This document shows positions 17,628 to 17,870 of a stretch of DNA of 17,870 bases, piece after piece (the stretch's first letter is position 1; the number at the start of each line of letters is the position of its first letter). The DNA is taken from assembly GCA_039803745.1 (NCBI GenBank), contig JBDRZD010000037.1, positions 1 through 17,870 of the forward strand. Reading direction: 5' to 3'. The notes under the pieces were generated by a model, which saw only the letters and a program-made list of their open reading frames with translations, was not told the DNA's origin and did no database searches. The DNA is from a candidate division WOR-3 bacterium. GTDB taxonomy: Bacteria > Hydrothermota > Hydrothermia > Hydrothermales > Hydrothermaceae. Made by a program: the position numbers and the translations under genes.

Positions 17628-17870
17628 TAAAAATTCGTTTTTTTTATATTCATATTTAATTAAATCTTCTTCAAACTCAAATTTTTCTTCTTCTTTAAAT
17701 ATTTTTTCTATAATTTCATATAAATCTTTTATACTTTTTATTTTCTTTCCTGCCTTTATCTTTTCTAAAAATTTTACATTTCCTGTCTCCTGTCCGGGAC
17801 AAGGTTTTATTGCGAGAAAAGGTGTTTTTGTATAAACTGCCTCTGCTACTGTAGAACCACCTGGTTTTGA
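17610..17870 (-). CDS. 3' part of a GT28 glycosyltransferase (UgtP/MGDG-synthase-like glycolipid synthase), partial
   Basis: Manual translation (not in the ORF track): SKPGGSTVAEAVYTKTPFLAIKPCPGQETGNVKFLEK...LLKILS, stop TAA at 17612-17610. Matches the KPGGxTxxEA...PGQExxNxxFL signature. Confidence 0.85.
   Translation of the reverse strand, partial: SKPGGSTVAEAVYTKTPFLAIKPCPGQETGNVKFLEKIKAGKKIKSIKDLYEIIEKIFKEEEKFEFEEDLIKYEYKKNEFLLKILS

Noticed and set aside
1..17870. CRISPR array, tRNA/rRNA, riboswitch, IS or defence system
   Set aside because: Intergenic gaps are about 100 nt or less and lack regularly spaced repeats or GC-rich structured segments. No corresponding protein motifs were recognised.

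Overview
An AT-rich, gene-dense bacterial chromosome segment (roughly 30% GC by eye) from a diderm organism. It has FCB-superphylum-like envelope genes and a Thermus-type V/A-ATPase subunit; a WOR-3-like thermophile is plausible but unproven. Plus strand (163-5295): a consensus promoter precedes a coiled-coil lipoprotein, a coiled-coil/2xLysM protein, and the conserved phoH-pgpH(7TM-HD)-ybeY-CNNM/CBS cluster. Minus strand (17870 to 5267): the 3' end of a GT28 (UgtP/MGDG-synthase-like) gene, then a four-gene envelope unit, then a lone V/A-ATPase subunit B coupled to GT2, LegB-like dehydratase and GT9 genes. The envelope unit encodes two Asp-box proteins with T9SS-like C-terminal sorting domains, a PorV/PorQ-type barrel fused to an OmpA peptidoglycan-binding domain, and a HEAT/BamE-like protein. 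Best candidates for undescribed biology: (1) a T9SS-like surface-display operon with a wall-tethered PorV-OmpA fusion; (2) a two-subunit Lpp-like tether with in-register cysteines; (3) ultra-short export leaders; (4) the orphan ATPase B. No CRISPR, RNA gene or mobile element was recognised. All family calls come from motif recognition by eye; no searches were run.
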